Assembly: GCA_033791585.1 (NCBI GenBank)
Contig: JASJGK010000127.1
Coordinates: forward strand, 1 to 42,120
Reading direction: 5' to 3'
DNA from: SAR324 cluster bacterium
GTDB taxonomy: Bacteria; SAR324; XYD2-FULL-50-16
Length of the DNA stretch: 42,120 bases
Position 1 is the stretch's first letter, and each line of letters starts with the position of its first letter. Positions 1-8,137 of the stretch are shown here, piece by piece. Below the pieces are notes generated by a model that was not told the origin of the DNA, searched no databases, and saw only the letters and a program-made list of their open reading frames with translations. A program made the position numbers and the translations under genes.

Positions 1-4
1 CGAC

Positions 5-1948
5 TTGGGCAAGGCTTTAGCCGATGGAACTGGTTTTGAAGATGACATCCGTGAAACCTGGTTTGCCGTAGGCTTACAAGGTGTTAGCGCCGACAATATT
101 CAGGCTGTAGAAGAGTTAATAGACACTAGTATCAAAGATATCATTAAAAATGGGATCAGCGATGAAGAGGTAGAAGCAGCGTTACACCAAATGGAATTAG
201 ATACCCGTGAGATTTCAGGGGGCCATTTCCCTTACAGCTTAAATCTACTTTTCCGCTTCTTTGGCCCTTGGATGCATGGCGGTGACCCTGTGCAAGCCTT
301 AGATTTTGATGCTTCCTTACAAAGTCTGAAAGAGGCGTTGCAAAGCCCCAATTACCTGACAGCCAAGATGCAAGAATACTTTGTGGATAACCCCCACAGA
401 GTGACCTTAACTGTAAAGCCAGACCACGAGCAGGGCACCAGAGAAACCAATGAAGAGACAGCAAAATTGGCAGCCATTGCTAAAAACTTAACAGAAGAAG
501 AGAAAAAAGCAGTAGTGGAAAGGGGCATAGCCCTAGAAAAGCAACAAGAAGAAGTAGAAGATTTGGCCTGCCTGCCTAACCTAAAAATTTCTGATATTCC
601 TAAAACCTTAGAAGTTTGTAAAGCGACAGAATTAAACTGGGAAGGCCTTGGCGTTGACTTTTACGAGCAGCCGACCAATGGAATATTTTACTGTCATTGG
701 TCCTTTTCCCTTCCTACCTTAACTATGGAAGAGCATAAATGGTTGCCCCTTTTGGGTACCTTGATCCCGGCCACAGGCGCTGGTGAGTTGGATTATGCTG
801 CCATGTCACGGCGGATTTCTTTGCATACTGGCGGTTTTAGCTTGGGTGTGAACTTAAGTAAGTTGGCCCAGTCCAAAGATTACCGCAATGAATTTAGTCT
901 TAAATCCAAAGCCTTAGATAGTAAAATCCCAGAGCTTTTTACAATTGCAAAAGAATTGTTGCTCCATTGGCGTTTGGATGAGGAAACAAGAATCCAAAGC
1001 CTGGTCAAGCAAAAGAGCAGCAGCGCTAGCAACTCTGTTTTAGCCAGCGGGCACCAATATGCAGCCTCCTTGGCCATGAGAAATCTCACCCCTGCTTTGC
1101 AGATTGACGAGCTTCAAAGTGGCGTTAGTCAGGTTCAATTTTTAAAAGCACTGAGCAAGCTTAGCAGTGCCGATTTGCTGAAAGAAATAGCCCCATTTAA
1201 AAAGCTCCTAAAGAGAATATTTGTAAAAGAGAATTTTTCTCTTTTTGCAGTTGGTTCAGCTGGAGCATGGGAGTTAGCCAAAACTGAAATTAAAGGCTTT
1301 ATCGACAGCCTGCCTAGTGGTGAAAAGGCTACAAATATCAAGTTAGATGCGGGTATTAAGGACCACTTCCAAAAGGAAGTCTGGTTTACCACTACCCCCG
1401 TTTCTTATGTGGCCAAAAGCTTCCCTGCACCCCTGGAAAAAGACCCTTTAAGTCCGAAATTTTTAGTCATGGCCAATCTAATGAAATCCAGTTTTTTACA
1501 CGGGGAGATTAGAGAAAAGGGTGGTGCCTATGGTGGGATGGCGAGTTTTCAAGCTATTGAGGGCGCAATAACTTTTTTAAGTTACCGTGACCCCCATGTG
1601 GCCCGAACCCTAAAGGTTTATGATCGTGCTTTAGAGTGGGTGAGGAATGGAAATTTCACAGATGAAAATCTAGAAGAAGCCATTCGCATCACCATGAGTA
1701 ACCTCGATACCCCTTTATCACCAGCAGGTAAGGCCATTCGGGAAAAGAGCCACTACCAAAGAGGCAAAAAATTAGAAGAGCGACAAGCCTACCGTGAAGG
1801 GATTTTAGGGACAACCAGAGAGGAAATTCTGGAAGCGGCGACCAAATGGCTTAAAGAGCCAGCAGCCGTTGCTACTATTACCAGCAAGGATATTTTCGAG
1901 GCAGAAAAACCTGAGATTTCTATATCTTTGGTAGAGTCTCAAATATAG
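5..1948 (+). CDS. Insulinase-family (M16C, PreP/presequence-protease-like) metallopeptidase, C-terminal part; 5' end lies outside the window
   Basis: Long ORF open to the window edge. The C-terminal motif REKGGAYGGMASF...LSYRDP is typical of PreP-like M16C proteins. A strong terminator follows. Confidence 0.8.
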   Translation: MGKALADGTGFEDDIRETWFAVGLQGVSADNIQAVEELIDTSIKDIIKNGISDEEVEAALHQMELDTREISGGHFPYSLNLLFRFFGPWMHGGDPVQALDFDASLQSLKEALQSPNYLTAKMQEYFVDNPHRVTLTVKPDHEQGTRETNEETAKLAAIAKNLTEEEKKAVVERGIALEKQQEEVEDLACLPNLKISDIPKTLEVCKATELNWEGLGVDFYEQPTNGIFYCHWSFSLPTLTMEEHKWLPLLGTLIPATGAGELDYAAMSRRISLHTGGFSLGVNLSKLAQSKDYRNEFSLKSKALDSKIPELFTIAKELLLHWRLDEETRIQSLVKQKSSSASNSVLASGHQYAASLAMRNLTPALQIDELQSGVSQVQFLKALSKLSSADLLKEIAPFKKLLKRIFVKENFSLFAVGSAGAWELAKTEIKGFIDSLPSGEKATNIKLDAGIKDHFQKEVWFTTTPVSYVAKSFPAPLEKDPLSPKFLVMANLMKSSFLHGEIREKGGAYGGMASFQAIEGAITFLSYRDPHVARTLKVYDRALEWVRNGNFTDENLEEAIRITMSNLDTPLSPAGKAIREKSHYQRGKKLEERQAYREGILGTTREEILEAATKWLKEPAAVATITSKDIFEAEKPEISISLVESQI

Positions 1949-1992
1949 AAAACTCCAGAACTAGAAGTTTTTGGTGACTTGAAAAATTAGGC

Positions 1993-2029
1993 AAAAAAAA
2001 GCCCCCGTTTTTAGCTGGGGCTTTTTTTT
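1993..2029. terminator. Bidirectional rho-independent terminator between the convergent M16 protease and Hsp20 genes
   Basis: aaaaaaaa-GCCCC-gtttttagct-GGGGC-tttttttt: a GC stem flanked by an A-run and a T-run, so it can terminate both strands. Confidence 0.75.
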
Positions 2030-2066
2030 GTCCTAAGAAAAGGTTTTAAATCGAGTTTGTTATTTG

Positions 2067-2098
2067 CTACCTGAACAGCTAAAGCCTCAGGTTTTTTA
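2067..2098 (-). pseudogene. 32-bp relic of an Hsp20 3' end, an exact copy of 2144-2175 inside the intact gene
   Basis: ctacctgaacagctaaagcctcaggtttttta occurs identically at 2067-2098 and at 2144-2175. The second copy encodes the C-terminal ...KPEALAVQVE of the 2133-2468 gene. The relic reads ...KPEALAVQVANK* on the minus strand with no upstream ORF. Confidence 0.6.
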
Positions 2099-2132
2099 TC
2101 TAGTTCATTGATTTATTTTAATCTAAAGGTTG

Positions 2133-2468
2133 TTAATTGATTTCTACCTGAACAGCTAAAGCCTCAGGTTTTTTAGCAATAGCCACATCTAAAACGCCTT
2201 CATCTAACTTAGCTTTAATAGAGCCTGTATCCAAAGCGTCAGAGAGTTTGATCTTGCGTAAATATTTAGCGCCTTGGTCTAACCCTCTTGAGATATCCCC
2301 TGCAACAATGAGTTTCCCTTTTTCAAAGGAGATCTTTACATCCTCCTTGGTAACCCCAGGCACATCCAAAAGAAGCCTATAGCCTTGTTTGGTTTCTATT
2401 ACATCCACTTGGGGAAGGAAGGTCGCCTTGTTGGTGGCTTTGTCGGCTGTTTTTTCTGTAGTAGTCAT
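2133..2468 (-). CDS. Hsp20/alpha-crystallin family small heat-shock protein
   Basis: 111 aa with an alpha-crystallin domain pattern (VDVIETKQGYRLLLDVPGV.KEDV.I...G.L.V....). AGGAGA RBS upstream. Lies 35 nt downstream of a paralog. Confidence 0.9.
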   Translation of the reverse strand: MTTTEKTADKATNKATFLPQVDVIETKQGYRLLLDVPGVTKEDVKISFEKGKLIVAGDISRGLDQGAKYLRKIKLSDALDTGSIKAKLDEGVLDVAIAKKPEALAVQVEIN

Positions 2469-2503
2469 TTTTTCTCCTGTTAGTTGGTTTTTAGTTTTGT
2501 TTG

Positions 2504-2911
2504 TTAGTTTATTTCCACGGCAAGGGGCTTATCGCTTTCTGCTCGGGTCATTTTAATTTCTAAAACACCATCGGCTAAACTAGCCTTGGCACTTGTAGCC
2601 TCTACGGCAAAGGGGAGCTTATAGGTCTGATCGAAATCGACTTTTGCTCGTTCTGAATGAAGGAGGGTTTCTTCTTCTTTTTGGTTTTTGGCTTTCCTGC
2701 TGCCTTTTAAATGCAAATGGTTACTTTTGATATCTAGGCTTAAATCTTCTTTTTTTACACCTGGGATCTCAGCAGTAAAGGTAACCTCTTCCCCATCAAC
2801 TTTTATCGCTGTTTGGGGGTAGGCCCATGGGGTTGCGCTTGGGTTATTCACACAGGATTGCTGGCTAAGTGTAAAAATTTGGTTTACCATTTTATCGAAT
2901 TCGTTCCACAT
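2504..2911 (-). CDS. Hsp20/alpha-crystallin family small heat-shock protein
   Basis: 135 aa with the motifs FTAEIPGVKKEDLSLDI..N.L.L.G and ASLADGVLEI. AGGAG RBS upstream. Confidence 0.9.
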   Translation of the reverse strand: MWNEFDKMVNQIFTLSQQSCVNNPSATPWAYPQTAIKVDGEEVTFTAEIPGVKKEDLSLDIKSNHLHLKGSRKAKNQKEEETLLHSERAKVDFDQTYKLPFAVEATSAKASLADGVLEIKMTRAESDKPLAVEIN

Positions 2912-2998
2912 GATTTTCTCCTGAGTTGTTGTTGTTTAAATCGGGACAAATGAATTCTTGTTCATTTGTTTTTTTGCCCTGACTCTTAGCCTTACTAT

Positions 2999-3014
2999 TG
3001 CTAAAGGGATGCCA
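2999..3014 (-). promoter_or_regulatory. Putative sigma-54 (-24/-12) promoter for the Hsp20 pair
   Basis: The minus strand reads TGGCAT-CCCTT-TAGCA against the consensus TGGCAC-N5-TTGCA/T, with correct GG-N10-GC spacing. It lies about 88 nt upstream of the ATG at 2911. Confidence 0.5.
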
Positions 3015-3194
3015 AAGTTCATTTTTCAAATTAAAACAGCTAGATATAAAAATTAAGGGAGAACTTTTAAATTTCAACTAGGCCACTTTGGCCTAATAAC
3101 TAGGCCAAGCATTGCTTATGTTTTGCAAAAGGAGCCTAGTCTCGAAGAAAATTCTGTGGTATGCTATTATAAAACAATTTTTGAGGGGAAAGTA

Positions 3195-3566
3195 ATGAAG
3201 GTTTTAATTATTGAAGATAGTAAGTCTCACTTAAAACTATTAGAGCGTTTGTGTCTGTCGATCAAAAATGTGCAAACAGTAACAGCCAACGATGGGCTAG
3301 AGGGTTATGCTATTTTAAAGTCGGTGGAATTGATCGACTTAATCATCATTGATCAGAATATGCCTTTCCTTAAGGGGACCGACTTCATTGCTAAGATCCG
3401 CTCTGTCCCATCCTATGCTGAGATCCCCGTCATTATGTCCACAGCAGAACCAGAAACAGAGCAAGAAAACTTGATGGAAACAGGGGCCAATGCAATTTTC
3501 CATAAGCCCTTTGATTTAAATGAATTTACCAGAATACTAGAAGAGTTGAAGTTTGCCTTAGGCTAG
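3195..3566 (+). CDS. Single-domain response regulator (CheY-like receiver)
   Basis: MKVLIIEDSK...DLIIIDQNMPFLKGTDF...PVIMSTA...HKP matches the receiver signature (DD/D/T/K). I prefer the ATG at 3195, which has a GAGGGG RBS, over the TTG at 3123 in the ORF track. Confidence 0.88.
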   Translation: MKVLIIEDSKSHLKLLERLCLSIKNVQTVTANDGLEGYAILKSVELIDLIIIDQNMPFLKGTDFIAKIRSVPSYAEIPVIMSTAEPETEQENLMETGANAIFHKPFDLNEFTRILEELKFALG

Positions 3567-3674
3567 GGTCTTCACCCAGTTCAAGGGCATTTTTTTCTAC
3601 GACTGTGACTTAGTCACTTTAATTTATATGAATATTGTTGTACAGTTTAGATAACAAACAAACAGGAGGTTGCC

Positions 3675-3812
3675 ATGCATAATAAAGAACTACTCACAAA
3701 TACTAAAGAAGATGATTTTTATGGTTATTTTGAAAAGGGTTTAGGCCTAATTCTAGCGGTTCACTTCATTGTTAGAGTCTATGTAATTTATTTTGTGATA
3801 GATGTTAACTAG
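3675..3812 (+). CDS. Small (45 aa) hypothetical membrane protein, not in the ORF track
   Basis: ACAGGAGG RBS 6 nt before the ATG. My translation is MHNKELLTNTKEDDFYGYFEKGLGLILAVHFIVRVYVIYFVIDVN, a polar N-terminus plus one hydrophobic helix. No recognisable family. Confidence 0.45.
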   Translation: MHNKELLTNTKEDDFYGYFEKGLGLILAVHFIVRVYVIYFVIDVN

Positions 3813-3845
3813 GTGTTTATAGTTTAAGACCCCATTAAAATAATA

Positions 3846-4616
3846 ATGAGCCAAAAAATGGGGGAGCCTGACTACTCAGTTATACTCCCTGCCTTTAATG
3901 AAGAAGGGTTTTTACCTCTTTCTCTGCCCCGATTATTTGCCGCCATGGATCAAGTTGATTTGTGCGGGGAAGTGATTGTTGTAGATAATAATTCCACCGA
4001 CCTTACAGCCCAGATTGCCTCAGAACTAGGTGCAACTGTTGTCTTTGAAAAAATAAATCAGATCTCCAGAGCGAGAAACAAGGGTGCAGAGGTGGCAAGA
4101 GGTCGTTATTTTGTCTTCTTAGATTCTGATACTCTTGTCAGCCCCGAGCTGTTACAAAAAAGCCTAGAGCTTTTGTCCCACAAAAAAGCCATTGGCGGCG
4201 GAAGCCTACTCACTTGCGAAGGGGTAAAAATAGGCGATAAACCCAATAAGGGGGTTCGTCTGTGGAATTGGGTTTCTGTAACTTTAAATTTAGCCGCTGG
4301 GAGTTTTATTTTTGTGAGTCGTGAGGCTTACCAACAAAGCGGTGGCTTTTCCACTCTTCTTTTTGCTGGTGAAGAGATCAATTTTTCAAAAAAAATTAAG
4401 CGCATCGGCCGCAAGCAAGGCTTGAAATTTGTCATCATTAAAGATCACCCTATTGAAACTTCTATGCGGAAATTAGATTGGTATTCGAACTGGCAAATTG
4501 CCAGAATGTGGGCAATTATCTTTATTTTTCCCTTTGTTCTCTATTCTTCCAAGCTACTTCCTTTTTGGTATCATCGTCCAGATGACCCTATACAGCCAGA
4601 AAAGAGGCAGGATTAA
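3846..4616 (+). CDS. Family 2 glycosyltransferase
   Basis: YSVILPAFNEE...VIVVDNNSTD...FLDSDT (DxD) is the GT-A/GT2 signature. The C-terminus is hydrophobic. Confidence 0.85.
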   Translation: MSQKMGEPDYSVILPAFNEEGFLPLSLPRLFAAMDQVDLCGEVIVVDNNSTDLTAQIASELGATVVFEKINQISRARNKGAEVARGRYFVFLDSDTLVSPELLQKSLELLSHKKAIGGGSLLTCEGVKIGDKPNKGVRLWNWVSVTLNLAAGSFIFVSREAYQQSGGFSTLLFAGEEINFSKKIKRIGRKQGLKFVIIKDHPIETSMRKLDWYSNWQIARMWAIIFIFPFVLYSSKLLPFWYHRPDDPIQPEKRQD

Positions 4617-4647
4617 AAGTTTTATCTTCTTAAAAAGAGATTTATAC

Positions 4648-4675
4648 TTGTCATTTAAAAGCAGGATGATATAAT
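4648..4675 (+). promoter_or_regulatory. Putative sigma-70 promoter for the small secreted protein gene
   Basis: TTGTCA, a 16-nt spacer, then TATAAT, about 30 nt upstream of the ATG at 4706. Confidence 0.5.
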
Positions 4676-4705
4676 TAGCCCATGTTCAAATTAAAAGGGT
4701 AGATT

Positions 4706-4912
4706 ATGAAACAACTTATTTTGTTTGCTGTAGTAGGTCTTTTCTATTGGCCAGCTGCGTACGCTTGCGGTGATGGGAAGGATTGGGTGAAGTCCAAAAA
4801 CGAAACAACTGCTGGTAAATCCTCGGTTAAAAAAGAAAAGACCTTTTCTTTTATGCGCAAAGATAAAGCGCCTGCCCCCTCTACACAAGCCTCTCAGGCT
4901 ACCTCTCGATAA
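4706..4912 (+). CDS. Small secreted protein or possible lipoprotein, hypothetical
   Basis: N-terminal signal peptide MKQLILFAVVGLFYWPAAYAC followed by a low-complexity K/S/A-rich tail. A consensus-like promoter lies upstream. The antisense ORF 4691-4888 has no such support. Confidence 0.55.
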   Translation: MKQLILFAVVGLFYWPAAYACGDGKDWVKSKNETTAGKSSVKKEKTFSFMRKDKAPAPSTQASQATSR

Positions 4913-5002
4913 AGCTTACGGGTTCCTTTTATTAGTAAGAGCCTTGGGCTTTCCTTTAATAAGTAAGAGTTAAATCTTTTGGGGATACTCACTAGCTCTG
5001 CA

Positions 5003-5379
5003 ATTAAAAGCGATCAATCGCTTGGGAAAACTTAACCGCTTTACGATTTAAGGGCGACTTAAAAACTTTTCCTTCCAGAGAGGTTTTTTCTTAAAGGTGA
5101 AGCATTCAAAAGCTCTTAATCACCTCATATTTACTAAAAAATCTTCATTTGCTCAAAATCAAAGCACTAAATCGCTGCTGTGTGTTTATGTGTAAGCGCT
5201 AAATCGCTTAGGGAAACTAAATGGCTGCTGTGTGTTTATGTGTAAGCACTAAATCGCTTAAGGAAACTAAATGGCTGCTGTGTGTTTATGTGTAAGCGCT
5301 AAATCGCTTAAGGAAACTAAATGGCTGCTGTGTGTTTATGTGTAAGCACTAAATCGCTTAAGGAAACTTAATCGCTGCG
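5003..5379 (-). repeat. Tandem ~50-bp hairpin repeat array: 4 near-identical units at 5174-5373 plus degenerate copies at 5003-5060
   Basis: gctgctgtgtgtttatgtgtaagc starts at 5174, 5224, 5274 and 5324, an exact 50-bp period. Each unit carries the hairpin taagc(g/a)ctaaatcgctta at 5193, 5243, 5293 and 5343. The array sits immediately 3' of the minus-strand gene that ends at 5383. Confidence 0.9.
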
Positions 5380-5382
5380 CGA

Positions 5383-6315
5383 TTAACGGTCTTTTTGGTA
5401 TTCGTAGACTTCAGCCCCTTGGTCATCAAAGAATTTAATCACAGCTTTACTCGGCGTAAAGTGGGCCCAAGCATAGCCATAGGCTTCATTAAGGTAAATT
5501 GATTGGGGCAGTTGTTTTAGGTCTTCTGGGTGCAAAGGGCTACCGCCTCCACCGCTGGTGATCAACTCCACACCCTTAAGTTGCAAGTGTTCCATCAAGT
5601 GATTGTGACCAGAGATAAGAAAGTCAGACCCGCTTCTTAAATAAATCCAGCGTTCTAGCCAGGTCATATGGCCATGACGACCACTGGATAGCACGGGATG
5701 GTGACCAAAGGAAATCTTCCAGGGTTTTTCTGTTTTTTTAAAGAGGGGCCAGACGCTACAGACTGTGCAGGTAGAATTAAATGCGTGAAACTTCACAGGG
5801 CCAGCCTCAAATTCATAGTCGGCAGCAGGCAAATTCCACCTTTTAGAAACACCAGTATAGTCGATGATACTTGTCCATGAATTTCTAAGGTCATGGTTTC
5901 CTAAAACGGCATAGAAGGGCATGTCATGTTGGTACATGTCTTCAAACTTATTTTTAAATTGAGGGTCGTCAATGGCTTGGACTCCATGCTGGATGAAGTT
6001 ATCGCCAAGTAAAAGCGTAAAATCACATCCCAAGTCTTCTGCTGTTTTAAAACTGGAAGCAGCTACATGTTTTTGGAATTTGTTACCTGAACCTTGGTCG
6101 CCGATGAGTAAAAATTTTACTTCGTCATCGGGGATATTAGTGGGGAAAATTTCTTTAGCAAAGTTTCGGTTTAGCCCAATGCAGGCACGTTCAAAAGCTA
6201 ATTTGCGCAGAGGGACCATGGCCCAAAGGCCTAAGAAAAAGCCGCCCAAGGCAAATCCGCCAGCAACTAACATCCAATCAGTCATTGAGAATCTCTTCTT
6301 GGAATTGACTTTCAA
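5383..6315 (-). CDS. Membrane-anchored calcineurin-like metallophosphoesterase
   Basis: N-terminal TM helix, then LLIGDQGSG, LLLGDNF, LGNHD, GHHP and GHNH, the classic metallophosphoesterase motif series. The start is ambiguous (6315 or the ATG at 6285). Either start overlaps the upstream ABC gene end. Confidence 0.85.
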   Translation of the reverse strand: MKVNSKKRFSMTDWMLVAGGFALGGFFLGLWAMVPLRKLAFERACIGLNRNFAKEIFPTNIPDDEVKFLLIGDQGSGNKFQKHVAASSFKTAEDLGCDFTLLLGDNFIQHGVQAIDDPQFKNKFEDMYQHDMPFYAVLGNHDLRNSWTSIIDYTGVSKRWNLPAADYEFEAGPVKFHAFNSTCTVCSVWPLFKKTEKPWKISFGHHPVLSSGRHGHMTWLERWIYLRSGSDFLISGHNHLMEHLQLKGVELITSGGGGSPLHPEDLKQLPQSIYLNEAYGYAWAHFTPSKAVIKFFDDQGAEVYEYQKDR

Positions 6316-8029
6316 AGAGATTTTTATACTCTCCCTCTAGCTTTAGAAGTTCTTCATGTTTGCCCTGTTCAACAATATTCCCGTGCTTCATCACGTAAAT
6401 TCGGTCTGCATTTAAAATAGTGGAAAGGCGGTGGGCAATGACAAAGGTCGTACGGTTGACCATAAGATTTTCTATAGCCAGTTGGACTTCCTGCTCAGAC
6501 TCGTTGTCTAAAGCGCTGGTCGCTTCATCTAAAATTAAAATACTGGAATTTTTAATCAAGGCTCTGGAAATAGAAAGCCTTTGTTTTTGGCCCCCCGAAA
6601 GATTACCGCCAGAAACGCCAATTTCTTCTTCATATTCTTCAGGCAAGCGGATAATAAACTCATGAGCATTCCCAGCCTTGGCGGCCTGTTCAATTTTTTC
6701 TTGGTTATCATCCGAGTCAGGATCACCATAGATGATATTGGATTTCACGGTGTTATCGAAGAGCACAACCTCTTGGGTTACCACTGCAATTTGGCTCCTA
6801 AGAGAATCCAAGGTGGCATCGGCAATGTCGCAACCGTCGATTAGTATACGGCCATCTTCAGGGGGGATATCGTAAAATCTAGGGATAAGATTAACAAGGG
6901 TCGATTTTCCGCTTCCGCTACTGCCAACAAAAGCAATAATTTCACCTTTTTTAACTTTAATATCAATATTATGGAGCACTTCCGTTTCATCGTATTTAAA
7001 GCGATCGAGCTTGATATGAATTTCATTTTCTAGGGTTTTAAGTGGAACAGCACCCTCTTTATTTTGGATTTTAAGCTCTGACTTTAAGACCCCAAAAATT
7101 CGATGGGAGGCGGCGACACCCTCTTGGATTTTAAGGGCAAAACCATTAAACTTTTTGATCGGATCATAGAGCATAAAAAATGCCATGATAAAGCTGGCAA
7201 AATCACCGCCTGTCATTTCATCATGGATCACCAAGTAACCACCATAGGTTAAAATCACAGCAGCGAAGACCCCGCCCATCAATTCCAAAATTGGGTAGGA
7301 GTAGGCCTCTATTTTCACGCTTTTTACAAAGTAGTGAAATAGGCGTCTGTTTTCTTTTTGGAATCGTTCCTGCTCATAAGATTCCATACGGAAGGCTTTG
7401 ACGACTCTTATACCCATCACAACTTCGTTGAGCAAACTGGTTAGATTGCTATATTGCTGGAGTCTTTGGGAGGTGAATTTTTTGTTCTTTTTCCCAAATT
7501 TATTGATCACCAAACCAGAAAGGGGGATCAAGGCTAGGGTGATTATAGCCAATTGCCAAGAGCGGGCAAACATCAAATATAAAAGTAGTGCAATCTGCGG
7601 TAAGTCACGAACAGGGCCAGTGATGCCCATGGTAATGGCTTCATTGAGGATGTTCAAATCAGTTGTAAAGCTACTGATTAAATCACCAGTTTTTTTCTTA
7701 TTAAAAAAAGCTAAAGGAAGGTGGATAATTTTTTGAAATAACCGAGCCCGAAGTTCTTTTACTAGAATCAGACCAAAACTACCCATGAGGTAACTTTGGA
7801 AGTAAAAAGTTATGCCTTTTAAAAAATAAAGGAGGATGATGCCAAAGGCAACGTAGATAAATTGATTTAAAGCTGGAACTTTGCCAGAGCCTAAGGCATC
7901 AATGATGTCCTTCATAAATTTAGCAGGGGCCACTGCAAAAATAGCAAAGGTCACCATGGAAATAACGCCAAAAATAAGGCGCATTCGGTGAGCTAAAATC
8001 AGTTTAAAAAGTTCGCGGTGTACCCTCAT
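6278..8029 (-). CDS. ABC exporter, fused permease/ATPase (MsbA/lipid A export-like)
   Basis: 583 aa with an N-terminal 6-TM region. Walker A GSSGSGKST, signature LSGGQKQR, Walker B ILILDEATSALD. Confidence 0.88.
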   Translation of the reverse strand: MRVHRELFKLILAHRMRLIFGVISMVTFAIFAVAPAKFMKDIIDALGSGKVPALNQFIYVAFGIILLYFLKGITFYFQSYLMGSFGLILVKELRARLFQKIIHLPLAFFNKKKTGDLISSFTTDLNILNEAITMGITGPVRDLPQIALLLYLMFARSWQLAIITLALIPLSGLVINKFGKKNKKFTSQRLQQYSNLTSLLNEVVMGIRVVKAFRMESYEQERFQKENRRLFHYFVKSVKIEAYSYPILELMGGVFAAVILTYGGYLVIHDEMTGGDFASFIMAFFMLYDPIKKFNGFALKIQEGVAASHRIFGVLKSELKIQNKEGAVPLKTLENEIHIKLDRFKYDETEVLHNIDIKVKKGEIIAFVGSSGSGKSTLVNLIPRFYDIPPEDGRILIDGCDIADATLDSLRSQIAVVTQEVVLFDNTVKSNIIYGDPDSDDNQEKIEQAAKAGNAHEFIIRLPEEYEEEIGVSGGNLSGGQKQRLSISRALIKNSSILILDEATSALDNESEQEVQLAIENLMVNRTTFVIAHRLSTILNADRIYVMKHGNIVEQGKHEELLKLEGEYKNLFESQFQEEILND

Positions 8030-8137
8030 AAATCCTTCAAAGTAAAAGATATAGATAGCAGTGTGCTGCTTTTTTGGGTAGGGGGTATCGCTGCTTTTTT
8101 CAATATTTGAAGGGTGGAAGAGTTATTAGAATAAGAT

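Noticed and set aside
3123-3194. TTG-initiated N-terminal extension of the receiver protein in the ORF track
   Set aside because: The extension (MQKEPSLEENSVVCYYKTIFEGKV) precedes the conserved MKVLIIED receiver start, which has its own GAGGGG RBS. The extension would also cover the promoter region.
5162-5379. Regularly spaced 50-bp repeats that could be mistaken for a CRISPR array
   Set aside because: The whole 50-bp unit repeats head-to-tail with no unique spacers. No cas genes or leader are nearby. The array is a tandem repeat, not a CRISPR.
8057-8100. Plus-strand hairpins followed by T-runs (agcag-tgtg-ctgct-tttttt, then a second gctgctttttt), resembling a terminator
   Set aside because: Both flanking genes are on the minus strand, where this reads as an A-run followed by a weak stem. 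The stem is only 5 bp. There is no plus-strand transcript for it to terminate, so I did not call it.
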